A stretch of 64,000 nt of DNA from Octopus sinensis (Eukaryota): assembly GCF_006345805.1 (NCBI RefSeq), contig NC_042998.1, positions 100,688,001-100,752,000 of the forward strand, in the 5' to 3' direction. The notes beneath the pieces were generated by a model that saw only the letters and a program-made list of their open reading frames with translations, ran no database searches and was not told the origin of the DNA. Below are positions 27,276 through 37,800 of this stretch, in pieces. Each line of letters begins with the position of its first letter. Position 1 is the first letter of the stretch. Both the position numbers and the translations under genes were made by a program.

Positions 27276-30200
27276 CCTCAGCCAACCATTATATCGGCCT
27301 ATGCCCCTCAGCCAGGGCTACCCGATGGACAGAAAGACAGTTTCTATGACACCCTACTGCAGACCACCTCATCGACGAACGACAGGGACCTTCTCTTTGT
27401 GGCTGGTGATTTCAATGGGCATGTTGGACGACATGCTGGGGGCTTCCATGGCGTACATGGAGGCTACGGTTATGGTTCCCGCAACGAGGAGGGAACCAGG
27501 CTGCTGGAGTTCTGCGATGCGAATAGTCTTATGGTCTGCAACACTAACTTCAGGAAACCAACAAGCCACCTGGTCACCTACCGATCGGGCCGGCATACTA
27601 GCCAAATCGACTACATCCTTGCCAGAAAAAGGGAAAGATGGCTGCTTAAAAATGCCAAAACCTTCCCAGGCGAAGAATGCACCCCACAACATAGACTGGT
27701 AGTTAGTGACTTTAGGATCAGGACTAAGAGGGCGACTAGAAGACGACCAACATGGAGAAGAAGGGTCTGGAAGCTTAAAGCCCCTGCGAATGGACAGAGA
27801 TTTAGAGATATGTTACTTGAAGCCTTTGACGAAGTGGAAGGGGGTATAGCTACACATGGGGTAGAAGACAACTGGACGTTTCTGAGGGACAACCTGCTGA
27901 AAGCCGCTGACCAGATCTGTGGCTGGTGCAAAGTCCCCTTAAGACCCAAAATAACGTGGTGGTGGAACAATATTGTTGACAGGGCTATTAGACAAAAGAA
28001 ACAGGCTTGGAAGGCCTGGAAGAACGGTGGTAGCAGGGAAGGGTATCAGACTGCCAGAAGGGAAGCTAGGAGACAGGTCTATCTAGCCAGAGGGGAAGCA
28101 GATAAGAGAAAATTTGCCAATGTCCTGCGCCGTGAGGATGAAAGACTTGAGGTATTTCGTGTTGCAAGACAGTGTGTGAGAGAGAATCGTGATGTGGTAG
28201 GAGAGAAATGTGTTCGCATGGAGGATGGTTCACTTGCGCTAAATGAGGATGCAAAGAGAGAAGCTTGGAGACGCCACTATGAAAGGTTACTGAATGAGGA
28301 AAATGAATGGGATAAAGAGAGTCTGCCGAATGTTGACCCTACAGAGGGACCAGCTATCCGAGTTGATAGTTCCGTGGTAGCTAAGGCAATTAGAAGCATG
28401 AAGACAGGGAAAGCCCCAGGCCCATCAGGAATTACTGCAGAGATGCTCAAAATATCTGGCAGTGTCGGCTATAACCTAGTCACCCGTATAGTCAACCAGG
28501 TGATACACGAAGGAGTCATACCCAATGACTGGTGCAGCAGCATACTAGTCAACTGCTACAAAGGTAAAGGTGATGCCCTAGATACAAATAATTACAGAGG
28601 TATCAAGCTGTTGGATCAAGTAATGAAGGTTACGGAGAGGGTCATAGCCCAACTAATCAGAGAGAGAGTTAGTTTAGATGAGATGCAGTTTGGGTTCGTG
28701 CCAGGAAAAAGTACCACTGATGCTATATTCCTGGTAAGGCAGCTGCAGGAGAAATACCTAGCCAAAGATAAGCCCCTGTACCTGGCTTTCGTTGACATGG
28801 AGAAAGCTTTTGATAGGGTCCCCCGATCCCTTATCTGGTGGTCAATGAGGAAACTAGGGATAGATGAATGGCTGGTGAGGACTGTGCAAGCCATGTACAG
28901 AGATGCCGTAAGTAAGGTTAGGGTTGGCAACATGTACACAGAAGAATTCAAAGTAGAGGTTGGGGTCCACCAGGGTTCAGTACTCAGCCCCCTCCTATTT
29001 ATCATAGTATTCCAGGCAATTACGGAGGAATTCAAGACAGGCTGTCCCTGGGAGCTCCTCTACGCTGACGACCTTGCTCTTATTGCTGGGTCACTATCAG
29101 AACTGGAGGAGAAGTTCCAGGTGTGGAAGGAGGGTTTAGAATCAAGGGGCCTTAGAGTCAACCTAGCTAAAACCAAAGTACTAATAAGTAGAAAGGTAGA
29201 CAATCCACAAATATCTTCAGGAAGATGGCCCTGCTCGATCTGTAGAAAAGGTGTAGGTAGAAACTCTATAAGATGTACCCAGTGTAAGCTATGGACACAT
29301 AAGAGGTGCAGCAATGTCAAAGGTAGGCTAACTGGGAAGATAGTTTTTGTATGTGGCAGATGCTCGGGAGCATTAACCTCCGAAAATCTGCAGAAAACAA
29401 CTTCCGTCACTTTCCAGGGGGAAAAACTAGAAGTAGTTGATAGCTTCCGTTATCTAGGTGACCAAGTCAGTAGTGGGGGTGGGTGCGCTGAAAGTGTAAC
29501 TGCTAGAATAAGAATAGCCTGGGCAAAGTTTAGGGAGCTCTTACCTCTGCTGGTGACTAAAGGCCTCTCGCTCAGAGTAAAAGGCAGACTGTATGATGCG
29601 TGTGTACGAACAGCCATGCTACATGGCAGCGAAACATGGGCTGTGACTGCTGAGGACATGCGTAAGCTCGTGAGGAATGAAGCCAGTATGCTCCGATGGA
29701 TGTGTAATGTCAGTGTACATACTCGACAGAGCGTTAGCACCTTGAGAGAAATGTTGTACCTAAGAAGCATCAGTTGTGGTGTGCAAGAGAGACGATTGCG
29801 CTGGTATGGTCATGTGGCGAGAATGGATGAAGATAGGTGTGTGAGAAAGTGCCAATCCCTAGCAGTTGAGGGAACCCGTGGAAGAGGTAGACCCAGGAAA
29901 ACCTGGGACGAGGTGGTGAAGCACGACCTTCGAACTTTAGGCCTCACTGAGGAAATGACCAGAGACCGAGACCTTTGGAAATATTCTGTACGTGAGAAGA
30001 CCAGGCAGGACAAGTGAGCCCAGCCCACTTATGAATGCCTTTCCTCCCTTGGACACAAAGACCGGTTGAGGCAAGCGAAGTCGATATAGAACCTCATCCG
30101 ACGACAGACACCCATCCCAACCCCCCATGCTTGCGAAGACATGTTGGGGCAAGCGAAATCGAAACCGAATTGAACCAGCCAGGATCCCTGGCCTGGTGGT

Positions 30201-33200
30201 ACGTAAAAAGCACTATCCGACTCGGGGCCGTGGCACGTAAAATACTCCAATGCGACCGTACGACAGGCACCCATGCCAACCCCCTTTGCTTGTGAAGACA
30301 TGTTGGGGCAAGCGAAATCGAAATCGAATTGAACCAGCCAGGATCCCTGGTCTGGTGGTACGTAAAAAGCACTATCCGACTCGTGGCCGTGGCACGTAAA
30401 ATACTCCAATGCGACCGTACGACAGGCACCCTTGCCAACCCCCTTTGCTTGTGAAGACATGTTGGGGCAAGCGAAATCGAAATCGAATTGAACCAGCCAG
30501 GATCCCTGGTCTGGTGGTACGTAAAAAGCACTATCCGACTCGTGGCCGATGCCAGCACCGCCTCGACTGGCTTCCGTGCCGGTGGCACATAAAATACACC
30601 AATCTGACCGTGGCCGTTGCCAGCCCCGCCTGGCACCTGTGCAGGTGGCACGTAAAAAGCACCCACTACACTCACGGAGTGGTTGGTGTTAGGAAGGGCA
30701 TCCAGCTGTAGAAACATTGCCAAATTAGACTGGAGCCTGGTGCAGCCTTCTGGCTTCCCAGAACCCCGGTCGAACCGTCCAACCCATGCTAGCATGGAGA
30801 ACGGACGTTAAACGACGATGATGATGATGATGATGATATATATATATATATACATACACATACACATGCATATGTACAGATGTAGCTGGGTAGTTTAAGA
30901 AGCTTGCTTCTCAACCAAGTTATCTTGGGTTCAGCGCTACTGTGCAGCATCTTAGGCAAGTATCTTCTATAATGCTAGACCAGTGTTTCCCAACCTTTTT
31001 TCTGCTGCCTCACTTAATAACAAAAAATATGGTACCCATCAACATTTTTTCTTTGAATATAGAAACACAATTTTTAATTCAATTACCTGGCTGACAGATA
31101 CCTCATCTCATTTAGTGAGAACCCTGTGCCTGGTGCATATGGTATAGATCCTTGATTTGAGGAGGCAATTTTATTAACTTCAGCCATAAATCACAAGCTG
31201 GTTTCTCTTGCTTCCAGCAAATTGTCAACTGCATTGAATCCACATTTAACCAACATAGATGAAGGAAAATGAATCAATAGTTCTCTTACTGATGTAGAGA
31301 TGTTGGGGGTATTTTCTTTCAACCTTGTTACTTAGCCACATATTTGTACCTTTCAATTTAAACAAAGTCTTCATTGATTCTGATTACTCTTCTTGGTATT
31401 GAACTGCAGCATCAGAAATGTCAATCAGCAGTGGTTAACTAAGAGAGAAAATTCATTGCCTTCAAATCACAAAATCTGTCATTGAAGTCCTTTATTAAGA
31501 TATTCAAATAGTCAATAATTACAGTGACAGCGTCATTCGTTATCTCACATTTACTCAACCAGTATAACTGACTGACATAGCTACTGACACACTTGATCAC
31601 AGCTCATAGAATCTCATTAAGACTTAATGAGAGTTTTCTTGGCGTATGATGCAATGGACAATCAAAATGTTTGGATTTTCATCCTTCATTATTTTTAAGT
31701 ATCCCGATTTCTTGCCCATCATAGCAGGTGCACCATCTGCTGCACATGACAGTAAGTTTTCTTTTGGTATTTTGTTTGCATCCAAATAATGTTTGATGAG
31801 TCTTCTTCTTACTTTGTCTACTCATCTTAAAAAGGGCTGACACAAATCTAAGAAAACGATGAAGCGATGGAGATGATGATTTTTGTGCAGTGTAGAAAGA
31901 AAGGGATTTGAAGCATCAATCAGCAATAGTGAGTGGAGTTGACTGCTGCTTTTATATATGCTTGACACTGGACAACAGATATTGAAACAAAGAAACAAAT
32001 GCCTAACGTACACAGATCCCTCACTTCGTATGTTGATTGGTTGTAGCTACATTGATTCCCATACCTTAAGTATAAATATTGCATGGCGATGTTTGTTTTA
32101 ATTTCAATGTCCAAAGATAAGCTTAGGGTTGAGTAGGATATAATTTGAAGAGATTTGTTTGCTATCTTTATCAACTTCAATGACTACATAGAGGGCTCTC
32201 TATGCAGTCATTGTAGTGTACTTGTGTGTGAGTTGTTGACATCCAAATAAGCTTTTTTCAAATATAGTACAGGATGTTTGTATGTAGCAGATATGTGATC
32301 AGTACTTTAATCTGAGTAGCATTTCAACTTTGAAGAAGTTCTACAACTCATCAGATTTGAAAAGAAAGAATTTGGGATGCACTTTCCACAGAGTCATTTA
32401 CATGAAGTCATCATTATTGACTATGATCATTACATTGTGTCTTTGTGTTTTTGAAGGCGACTAGCTTGTCACACCTCCCATTAAGGATGTTTACAAACTC
32501 TTTGTTCATGGAAAAGATTCATGTCTGAATTTTAGATGCCTAGGTTGCATATAGAAGACACCTATATATATGAAATGCTAAGAGTGTATAAAAGGTGCAA
32601 TCACAAGCATGTGGATAGGAATAAGAGCAAATAGGTTATTACTGTATAAAAGGAGGAATGTCAGGTATATAACTGGATGTTATGTTATATTAAAATTTAT
32701 GGAACATGTGTCAGAGAGAGAACAGTCAATGTATTCAGGAGTAGAACAGTTTCAGTCAGATAGATGAGAAATGGAGAAGTCCAAAAAAAATAGGGGAGCG
32801 TCACCTTTGAGACCTTTAGATAAATACTAGTAGAGATTGAGAAAGATTGTGGAGTATATCATTGATGGCTATGAATACAAGTTATTGACAGATGTTACCA
32901 ATATTTCAAAACTCAATCTCATTGTTCTTATCTTTGAAGAACAGTGTTTCATGGGAGCTGTTGTATGCAGGTGATCAAATTATCATGGAAGCAGGAACCT
33001 ATGAATTGTAAGAAGAATTCTAAACCTTTTAGATGAAACTATAGTCAATGGAAACAGATTAATGTAGTTTAATATAATGGTACAGTTAGTAATCCAAGCT
33101 CTGGCAGAGTTCATAATATACTAAAAATAGCTATATCTTACAAGTACAAATCAAAAGGCTTGGTAGATACTTAAATATACGTAAACAATAAAGAGAAGGC

Positions 33201-36200
33201 TTATAAGATAATATCATAATTAGATTAACACGAATTTCATATGGATGACCACTTGAACCTATGTGAAAAAGCCTAAGATGGAACCACTATGCAGACGTCC
33301 AATATGCTAGAAATAGCAGTTAATTCACACTAGTGAACAATAACTAGTGTAAACAACTAAGGATTTAAAACCACGATCTTCTCTGATAGCTTGTGAGTTA
33401 ATGTAGATAAGTTCTGTCACTCAAGTGATCAAATTACTGCTGAGTACTGAGTGGAGTAAGTGCTATGCTCTTCTGTATTTTAGTGAAGAATGCTTTTGTT
33501 TTTAGTGAATAGTTATTGATACAGGAGACAAAAAGAGTCTGTTGCTTGTACTATATGACATTTTAGATAGAAATGTGGTGCAGAAGACTATTGAAACATT
33601 TGAAGTAAAACCAGATAAGTTATATTAACTGGGTGCCAAGTTCGACTCAATATGATAAAAGAGCTTAGAAGTTCAGTCCAGAGTCAAGAAATTTCAACAG
33701 CTGGAATAAGAAATAAAAAAAAAAACAAATAAAAAAGAGAGCAGTAATTCAAATATACTAATGTATACCTAAATACCAAGCTATTAAAGTATATTAAACA
33801 TTTACAATAGTAAGTTTTTCTCAAAAGATTTATGCCCTGTTCTATACTAATATTAGTCTGAAAATTTAGATATATTGAAAAGGTTGGGATTATTACAGTT
33901 TTTCTTGATACTGATTAATAACTTTTTAGTCCAGTTTTGTACGAGAAAGTGGACATAATTAAAGGAATTCTAATGACCACCAGAATGACTTTCATAAAGC
34001 TAGATCTACTAAGAGACCTACAATATTATGTCACTGACCAGTGGGCTTTCAGTTTAGCAAAGTTTTGTTGAAGCCATGCTATTGCTCTTGACACCAGTAA
34101 AACTTTTAGGTATGTTAGACATACAAATCTGTCTAAACTGTCTGCTGAGGACTTCACCCATCTCTCATTTCTTAGATTAGTAACTTACTGCCAGATCATG
34201 CTACTGTGGCCTGCACTGATGGAGTTATCTCTGGCCTACACTCTATCAACATGGTGTGTGCCCCTGGGTTCAGTTCTGTTCTCTACACTCTTATGTATTT
34301 ACATGTTGTCACCTCCAGCAATGCTCACATTTATGCAATTTTCGTTACTTCCTAACATTTCTCACTCAAGTGTTATCCACATTTAACCAAGACACTTCAT
34401 GCCAAATCTGTAGTGACTCCATGAACAAAAACCTCAAAAATTTCCACTAACAGGTCAGGGAGAGGCCAATTTTTTTCCCTGCAACAACAAATAAATGTAA
34501 GCACTGTTCACAGCAAGAAATGCCATCCCATCATACCCAATTTAAATATGAGCAGCATGTAACTCAAATCCTCATAATTGCTCCTGAGGGCTAGCTTCCT
34601 TATCACTGATGCTCTCACCTTATCACATAGCAAAATACTACATCACAAAGGTTAGCTATTCTCTTCAGAGCCAGAAAACACTTCATACCTAACAACTACT
34701 AATGCTCTACACAACTCAAAAGAACTTACAATGTAGTAGAGCTCCCACTCAGGGGCACAACTGATGCCAGCCCCCCCACCACCCCTACACACAGATCCTG
34801 AACCACATCTAAAGAAAGGCCACATGGCTGATTGGTATAAAAGTACTCACAGGCAAAATACAACCTCTGACCCACTGACATGCTGTTTCTTTTCCTTTTT
34901 TTATTTTACCACAATGGCCTTTGCTCTCATCCTATATCCATGCAAGTGCTCTTGCCTCCCATTTCTAATGTTGAGTCCAACTGTGCAAGCTTTGCGCTAA
35001 CCTCTATGCTCTAGACTTAGGTAATAAAAAATTTTGTGAATATCAGAAGAATTAACAGTGGCCTTCCTTAGAAAAACAAAGTGAAATACTGCTTTGCATT
35101 TAGATAATCTACCTACTGTCAAAGCTAGTTCCCAGATTATCATTAACATTGATTATTATTTTATATTCACAAAACAATCAATTTTATAAGGGAAATAAAA
35201 AGAGAGTGTGAGCCATTCATACCTTTCATTTGGTGATGTAAGGGAGGAGTAAAACAGATACAATTGAGTACAATTGAGAATCAAAATCCAATTTCACTCT
35301 TTCCTCCTCTACTAAGAGGCTTTCTGTGACATTTTTAATGTAAAGCCTTCAATTATAGGGGATTATTTTAAACCAGAATAACTGACTTGAAACAAATAAT
35401 GGCAATGTTTTGTAGCAAAATTTGGACTTTTGGGTCTTTTGTACAGTACATTAATTAGTCATGTACATTTGATTTAAATGTATATAAGCAAGAAAGAATT
35501 CAACTTACCACTTCTGAACAGTATTCATCAGTAATAACCCAAGGTGAGTACTTTGGAAATTCATGGCTGTTTTTACTACAACTTGATATTGTTTGCATAA
35601 TTTTCCATTTCACCTCAGTCATGCTATGTTCACAAACAGCTGATCTCTTGTGTTCTTCACTCCAGTAGGCCACCAACAGCACTGGTTTCCCTTCAAGGTA
35701 GGTAAAGCGAGCAGCAGTGCTATATTGAATTTTGTAGTCACTAAGCCAACAGTAAAGTTTAATTTCAATGTAATAATAATTCTCATCTTCTTCACAAACT
35801 CGCAGGAGGTACGTTGAATCATTGTTCCTTACAGAAACATAGAAAATAAAATTGCTATATTTGAACCCATAGATGAACTCAACTGAGATATTTCTGTTAG
35901 CCATAACATATTTCAAGTTATTCCTGAAAGAAATCTTATGATATTGAAGATTTCTTTGAATTTTACGTTCGGATATTGTAAATGGATAATCGGAAATTGC
36001 ACGGCCATCATAAGCCATAGCTACATACATGTAAGGAACGCTTGTCTGAGATTTTTCAAAAAATGCCACAACAGATTTTTGGTTTCCAATAAGACTTGCA
36101 TTTCTGGTGTCAGAGGTGACTGATTTCTTAGTGATATCATCCAAATTGTGAAATGTGCAAGCTCCTTTTTTTATTGTTCCACAAACAAAAAGATATTCAA

Positions 36201-36459
36201 AATTTGGTTCAATTGCTAAAACAGTTACAGTGTTGTTGACAGCTGAATTTGACATAGATTTAATATTCAAAGATTGCATTACTCTCAGCTCATGATCTAA
36301 ATGATAAATTCCATTGATACCACCAACATACACATCATTTGTTCTGGAATTTATAGAAATTTTGGAGAGTTTTCCATATCCAGCCTTAAAGGAGAGGAGC
36401 GAAGACAATGATCCTTTTGCAAGGAAAAAACAACCCAATAGAAGTAATAAGAATTGCAT
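186..36459 (-). CDS. Multi-exon gene (12 coding exons): plexin/MET-RON-like type I membrane receptor, Sema-PSI-4xIPT-TM; 3' end probably continues left of the window
   Basis: Manual splicing of exons 35509-36459, 24777-24962, 23505-23636, 20089-20256, 18972-19117, 15476-15608, 13500-13636, 11644-11808, 8877-8979, 6336-6587, 4776-4937 and 186(169)-444. All introns are GT-AG and phases are consistent (0,0,0,0,2,0,2,2,0,0,0). The frame is open for 931 aa (936 aa if read to the TAA at 169). Confidence 0.9.
745..950 (-). mobile_element. Short RTE-tail element; further copies at ~14980-15230(-), 20400-20615(-), 21170-21360(-), 40945-41255(+), 53400-53500(-), 54145-54417(+), 61385-61445(+), 61945-62085(-), 63280-63480(+)
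   Basis: Shared motif gcacccactacactc..gagtggttggcgttaggaagggcatccagctgtagaaa..ctggagc..ccaacccatgctagcatgga..gttaaacgatgatgat, the same as the 3' end of the RTE at 30660-30837. Confidence 0.85.
2024..2362 (-). mobile_element. tRNA-derived SINE with 12-bp target-site duplication
   Basis: tggctcagtggttaa A-box and gtttgattccc B-box on the minus strand; TSD tgttattgtaac at 2012-2023 and 2363-2374. Confidence 0.8.
4183..4394. mobile_element. Mariner-derived MITE (second copy 36930-37125)
   Basis: Terminal inverted repeats caggggctgctgaaaaattcctggcttt / aaagccaggaacttttcagcacccc, TA-flanked. Confidence 0.8.
4510..4690. mobile_element. hAT-type MITE inserted in a SINE tail
   Basis: Terminal inverted repeats caatggttcccaacc / ggttgggaaccactg. 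Confidence 0.7.
4776..4937 (-). CDS. Exon 11: IPT 4 (54 codons)
   Basis: ttacag|[54 protein letters not shown]|gtaact; matches the G.NL......V.V.IG...C.VT.L......C.P pattern. Confidence 0.9.
5575..5690. repeat. Compound (TAG)n/(TGG)n microsatellite
   Basis: Direct inspection; explains the poly-T/S/L ORFs at 5522-5728. Confidence 0.95.
6336..6587 (-). CDS. Exon 10: IPT 3 end / IPT 4 start (84 codons)
   Basis: ttcttaag|[19 protein letters not shown]...LLMDGV...[13 protein letters not shown]...EVEIK|gtaaga. The acceptor is AAG, which is atypical. Confidence 0.85.
8877..8979 (-). CDS. Exon 9: IPT 3
   Basis: ttctag|t+[34 protein letters not shown]|gtaaga; completes the SGG motif with exon 8. 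Confidence 0.9.
9465..9835 (-). mobile_element. Abundant tRNA-derived SINE family; copies or fragments also at ~4015-4175, 25425-25600, 38780-39070, 55185-55640, 57570-57730, 58115-58520, 62210-62520
   Basis: Recurrent ggctgtgtggtaag..ggttcagtcccactg..ccttgggcaagtgtcttctactatagc..aaagccttgtgagtggatttggtagacggaaactg body with a ...gcatggctgcagtc.aatgactgaaac tail. Confidence 0.85.
10623..10842. mobile_element. piggyBac-type MITE nested in another TTAA-type MITE (~10505-10946)
   Basis: TTAA-ccctttcgttac ... gtaacgaaaggg-TTAA. Confidence 0.85.
11158..11375 (+). mobile_element. CR1-like LINE 3' end; longer copies at 39095-39750 and 46735-47190
   Basis: Shared gcactgcatccttcaaaacttccatgct..ctacacctga..gtgcacctgagcactgta..(ATT)n; the longer copies encode FFTLRVAEAWNKLPASVV. 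Confidence 0.85.
11644..11808 (-). CDS. Exon 8: IPT 2 end / IPT 3 start
   Basis: tttcag|a+[54 protein letters not shown]+ag|gtgagt; FTY.EDPTI motif. Confidence 0.92.
12135..12435 (+). mobile_element. tRNA-derived SINE (same head as 60915-61230)
   Basis: ggaggcgcaatggcttagtggttagggcagcagactc..tttcgattccc A/B boxes. Confidence 0.85.
12650..13225 (-). mobile_element. Two tandem tRNA-headed SINE units (~12650-12880, ~12945-13222), each with a hammerhead-like 3' motif
   Basis: Each unit: ggcgtagtggttaagagcgc..gagttcgattcc head, (AAT)n, then gacacCTGATGAaggctg..cagccAAAAcgttgtgtt. Confidence 0.85.
13500..13636 (-). CDS. Exon 7: IPT 2, first half
   Basis: ttacag|[45 protein letters not shown]+aa|gtaagt; P..GP.SGGT..TI.G..L..GS motif. 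Confidence 0.92.
15476..15608 (-). CDS. Exon 6: IPT 1, second half
   Basis: tttcag|g+[20 protein letters not shown]...DEFFYFY|gtacgt; completes a phase-2 codon (ATG). Confidence 0.85.
15976..16930 (+). mobile_element. Mariner transposon fossil (5' end + disrupted transposase, 3'-truncated)
   Basis: From ATG 16157: [29 protein letters not shown]...[18 protein letters not shown]; then [17 protein letters not shown] (~WILYDN), KPEL..KRVMMTV*W, LHDNA*PH. Contains stops and frameshifts; ends before YSPDL. Confidence 0.92.
16965..18130 (+). mobile_element. Degraded CR1-like LINE RT fragment
   Basis: [18 protein letters not shown]; YADDTK; MQFNAEKFQ; RDL.I; [11 protein letters not shown]; LEAIQRS; YWERLK.L.L. 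Confidence 0.88.
18972..19117 (-). CDS. Exon 5: IPT/TIG 1, first half
   Basis: tcttag|[21 protein letters not shown]...[16 protein letters not shown]+at|gtaagc; P.SGP.EG.T.LTI.G IPT motif. Not in the ORF track. Confidence 0.9.
19358..19551. mobile_element. piggyBac-type MITE (relatives at ~45790-46010 and 46010-46730)
   Basis: ttaa-ccctttagcat ... atgctaaaggg-ttaa. Confidence 0.8.
20089..20256 (-). CDS. Exon 4: PSI domain (56 codons)
   Basis: tttcag|[56 protein letters not shown]|gtaaga; classic C..Y.SC..C....CGWC...C.....C.....W....C.P pattern. Confidence 0.93.
21845..22860 (+). mobile_element. Older degraded RTE 3' fragment (related subfamily)
   Basis: Decayed [10 protein letters not shown]...[25 protein letters not shown], then an RTE-type 3'UTR and a (GAT)n tail. 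Confidence 0.85.
23505..23636 (-). CDS. Exon 3: end of Sema domain (44 codons)
   Basis: cttcag|[44 protein letters not shown]|gtaatt; phase 0/0. Confidence 0.88.
24377..24604 (-). mobile_element. Young tRNA-SINE with 22-bp TSD
   Basis: TSD tacaaccagatgttcttcctat at 24355-24376 and 24605-24626; gagttcaaattc B-box. Confidence 0.88.
24777..24962 (-). CDS. Exon 2: Sema domain (62 codons)
   Basis: ttaacag|[21 protein letters not shown]...[27 protein letters not shown]|gtaagt; the GTxDGHLLK motif is typical of the plexin Sema C-terminus. Confidence 0.9.
26980..27167. repeat. Perfect 188-bp palindrome (94-bp arms, no spacer)
   Basis: Centre ...gaactgata|tatcagttc... at 27073/27074; arms match base for base out to c26980/g27167. 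Confidence 0.95.
27097..27134 (+). ncRNA. Putative minimal type-I hammerhead ribozyme (mirror copy on the minus strand, 27013-27050)
   Basis: ctgt-CTGATGA-a-cg-gcaa-cg-a-GAA-ACTC-A-GAGT-A-acag; stem I ctgt/acag, GNRA-capped short stem II, palindromic stem III, GUA triplet. Folded by eye. Confidence 0.6.
27270..30017 (+). CDS. RTE APE(partial)-RT ORF; the first ~45 aa of the tracked 959-aa ORF are flanking DNA
   Basis: Element homology begins at [13 protein letters not shown]; no stops or frameshifts over ~915 codons. Confidence 0.9.
30110..30548 (+). repeat. 159-bp tandem repeat (about 2.7 units) in the RTE 3'UTR; also at ~48765-49220
   Basis: aggatccctgg recurs at 30181, 30340 and 30499. 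Confidence 0.9.
30981..31825 (-). mobile_element. hAT (Charlie-type) transposase fossil with one terminal repeat
   Basis: Minus strand [37 protein letters not shown]; FPSS.LV.CGF.AV; terminal HQAQGSH*; cagtgtttcccaacc terminus at 30981. Internally deleted. Confidence 0.85.
33985..34900 (+). mobile_element. Heavily degraded Jockey/CR1-type LINE RT
   Basis: Frame-hopping remnants [43 protein letters not shown]. Confidence 0.7.
35509..36459 (-). CDS. Exon 1: signal peptide + N-terminal Sema domain (317 codons)
   Basis: [16 protein letters not shown] signal peptide; Sema motifs [54 protein letters not shown]; donor GTG|gtaagt at 35509. A polypyrimidine/ccag acceptor at ~36588 suggests an upstream non-coding exon. 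Confidence 0.93.
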
Positions 36460-37768
36460 TGTTAGTGCCAGTCAGCACTGATGATCAACACTGTTCTGAA
36501 TATTATAGTTGATAGAAGGTAATGAGCACATTGAAGAAGTCAATCCAATTTAATTCAATGAGGAGGGTCAAAGCAACAGAGGAAAAACTGGAAAAAAAAA
36601 AAAAAGAAAAAAATGATTGATCATTATCATAAACTGCAAAGTAACGTGCTAAGTTCTTTGATAGACGTAACAACTTCCAACACAGAAATTTGTTGAAGAA
36701 TCAACTAAAAAAAAAAAAAGATCCTACCTTTTGGACAACATATTTAATGTTGAAAAAATATAATTTCTTGCAGTTTGCACAAAGTATCAGGTTATCTACA
36801 AAAGGATCTTTATGAAATCAGAGAACTACAGTTCAAATATATTTAGTTCTAACATCAATTATATATATTGTATCATATTATGAATGGGGATGCATCCATT
36901 TACCTGTTTGGAAGCATCTATTATTTATTTACAAGGGGTCGCTGTAAAGTTCCTGGCTTTAAGGATATCACAAAAGGCCTGGTTGGAGGCCCAACCTTCT
37001 AAGTTCTTTTACAGGGCTTAGAAAAACTGAAGGACTGCTTCAATAAGTGTGTGAATTTGAGAGGGGAATGACCCGCCTGCATTTTCTTTTACCCAAAGTC
37101 AGGAACTTTTCAGCAACCCCTCATATATCATTCTGGAAAGTCTAGTTAGATGTTTACACTCCTCAATTCTTCATTATCATCAGCCCCAATATTACTGTTA
37201 TTCTTTCCCTTTACCTACCACACACACACATGTGCACTTGTACACACTCATATACATACAGTACCTATGTACATACAGAAAAAATATAATGTGGGCTTTC
37301 CTGAATTACTGAAACAAATAATTGAATGTTTCAAAATAGATCATGAATGTGTGCATGTGTGCATAGATGCACACATATATTCATGACATGCTTCCTGTAA
37401 ACTTGAAAGGGATGACAATATAAACATGATGTGCAGCTTCTCTGGGATGTGTGATCACTATATGACATCACATCTTGGAGGCCACATTTTTACAATCCAT
37501 GAGCAAGAGATAGCTGTATTTCATGAACAAATAAGTCAATGAAGCTCTAAAAATACCAACGTAAATATTGATCAAGATCTCCAGTGGAGAACTTGACCTG
37601 TGTAATGAGAAGCTACTTGTCCAAAATATTGCTGAAGTACTACCCCATGTTATCACACGATGTTGTTGCTAGAACAATATACAATGCCATCAGCAGAAAA
37701 TATTGTCTTGGCATAAATAAACCTGAACTTCTGCTATGGAATACATACATGCATGAATATATATATAT

Positions 37769-37800
<32 letters not shown>

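Larger units (their letters stand above)
27270..30837 (+). mobile_element. Young RTE-clade LINE, 5'-truncated within the APE domain, antisense in intron 1 of the receptor gene
   Basis: Open frame to the stop at 30017: APE ([29 protein letters not shown]) and RT ([66 protein letters not shown]). Followed by an ~800-bp 3'UTR and a (GAT)n tail, flanked by (TA)n. Confidence 0.96.
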
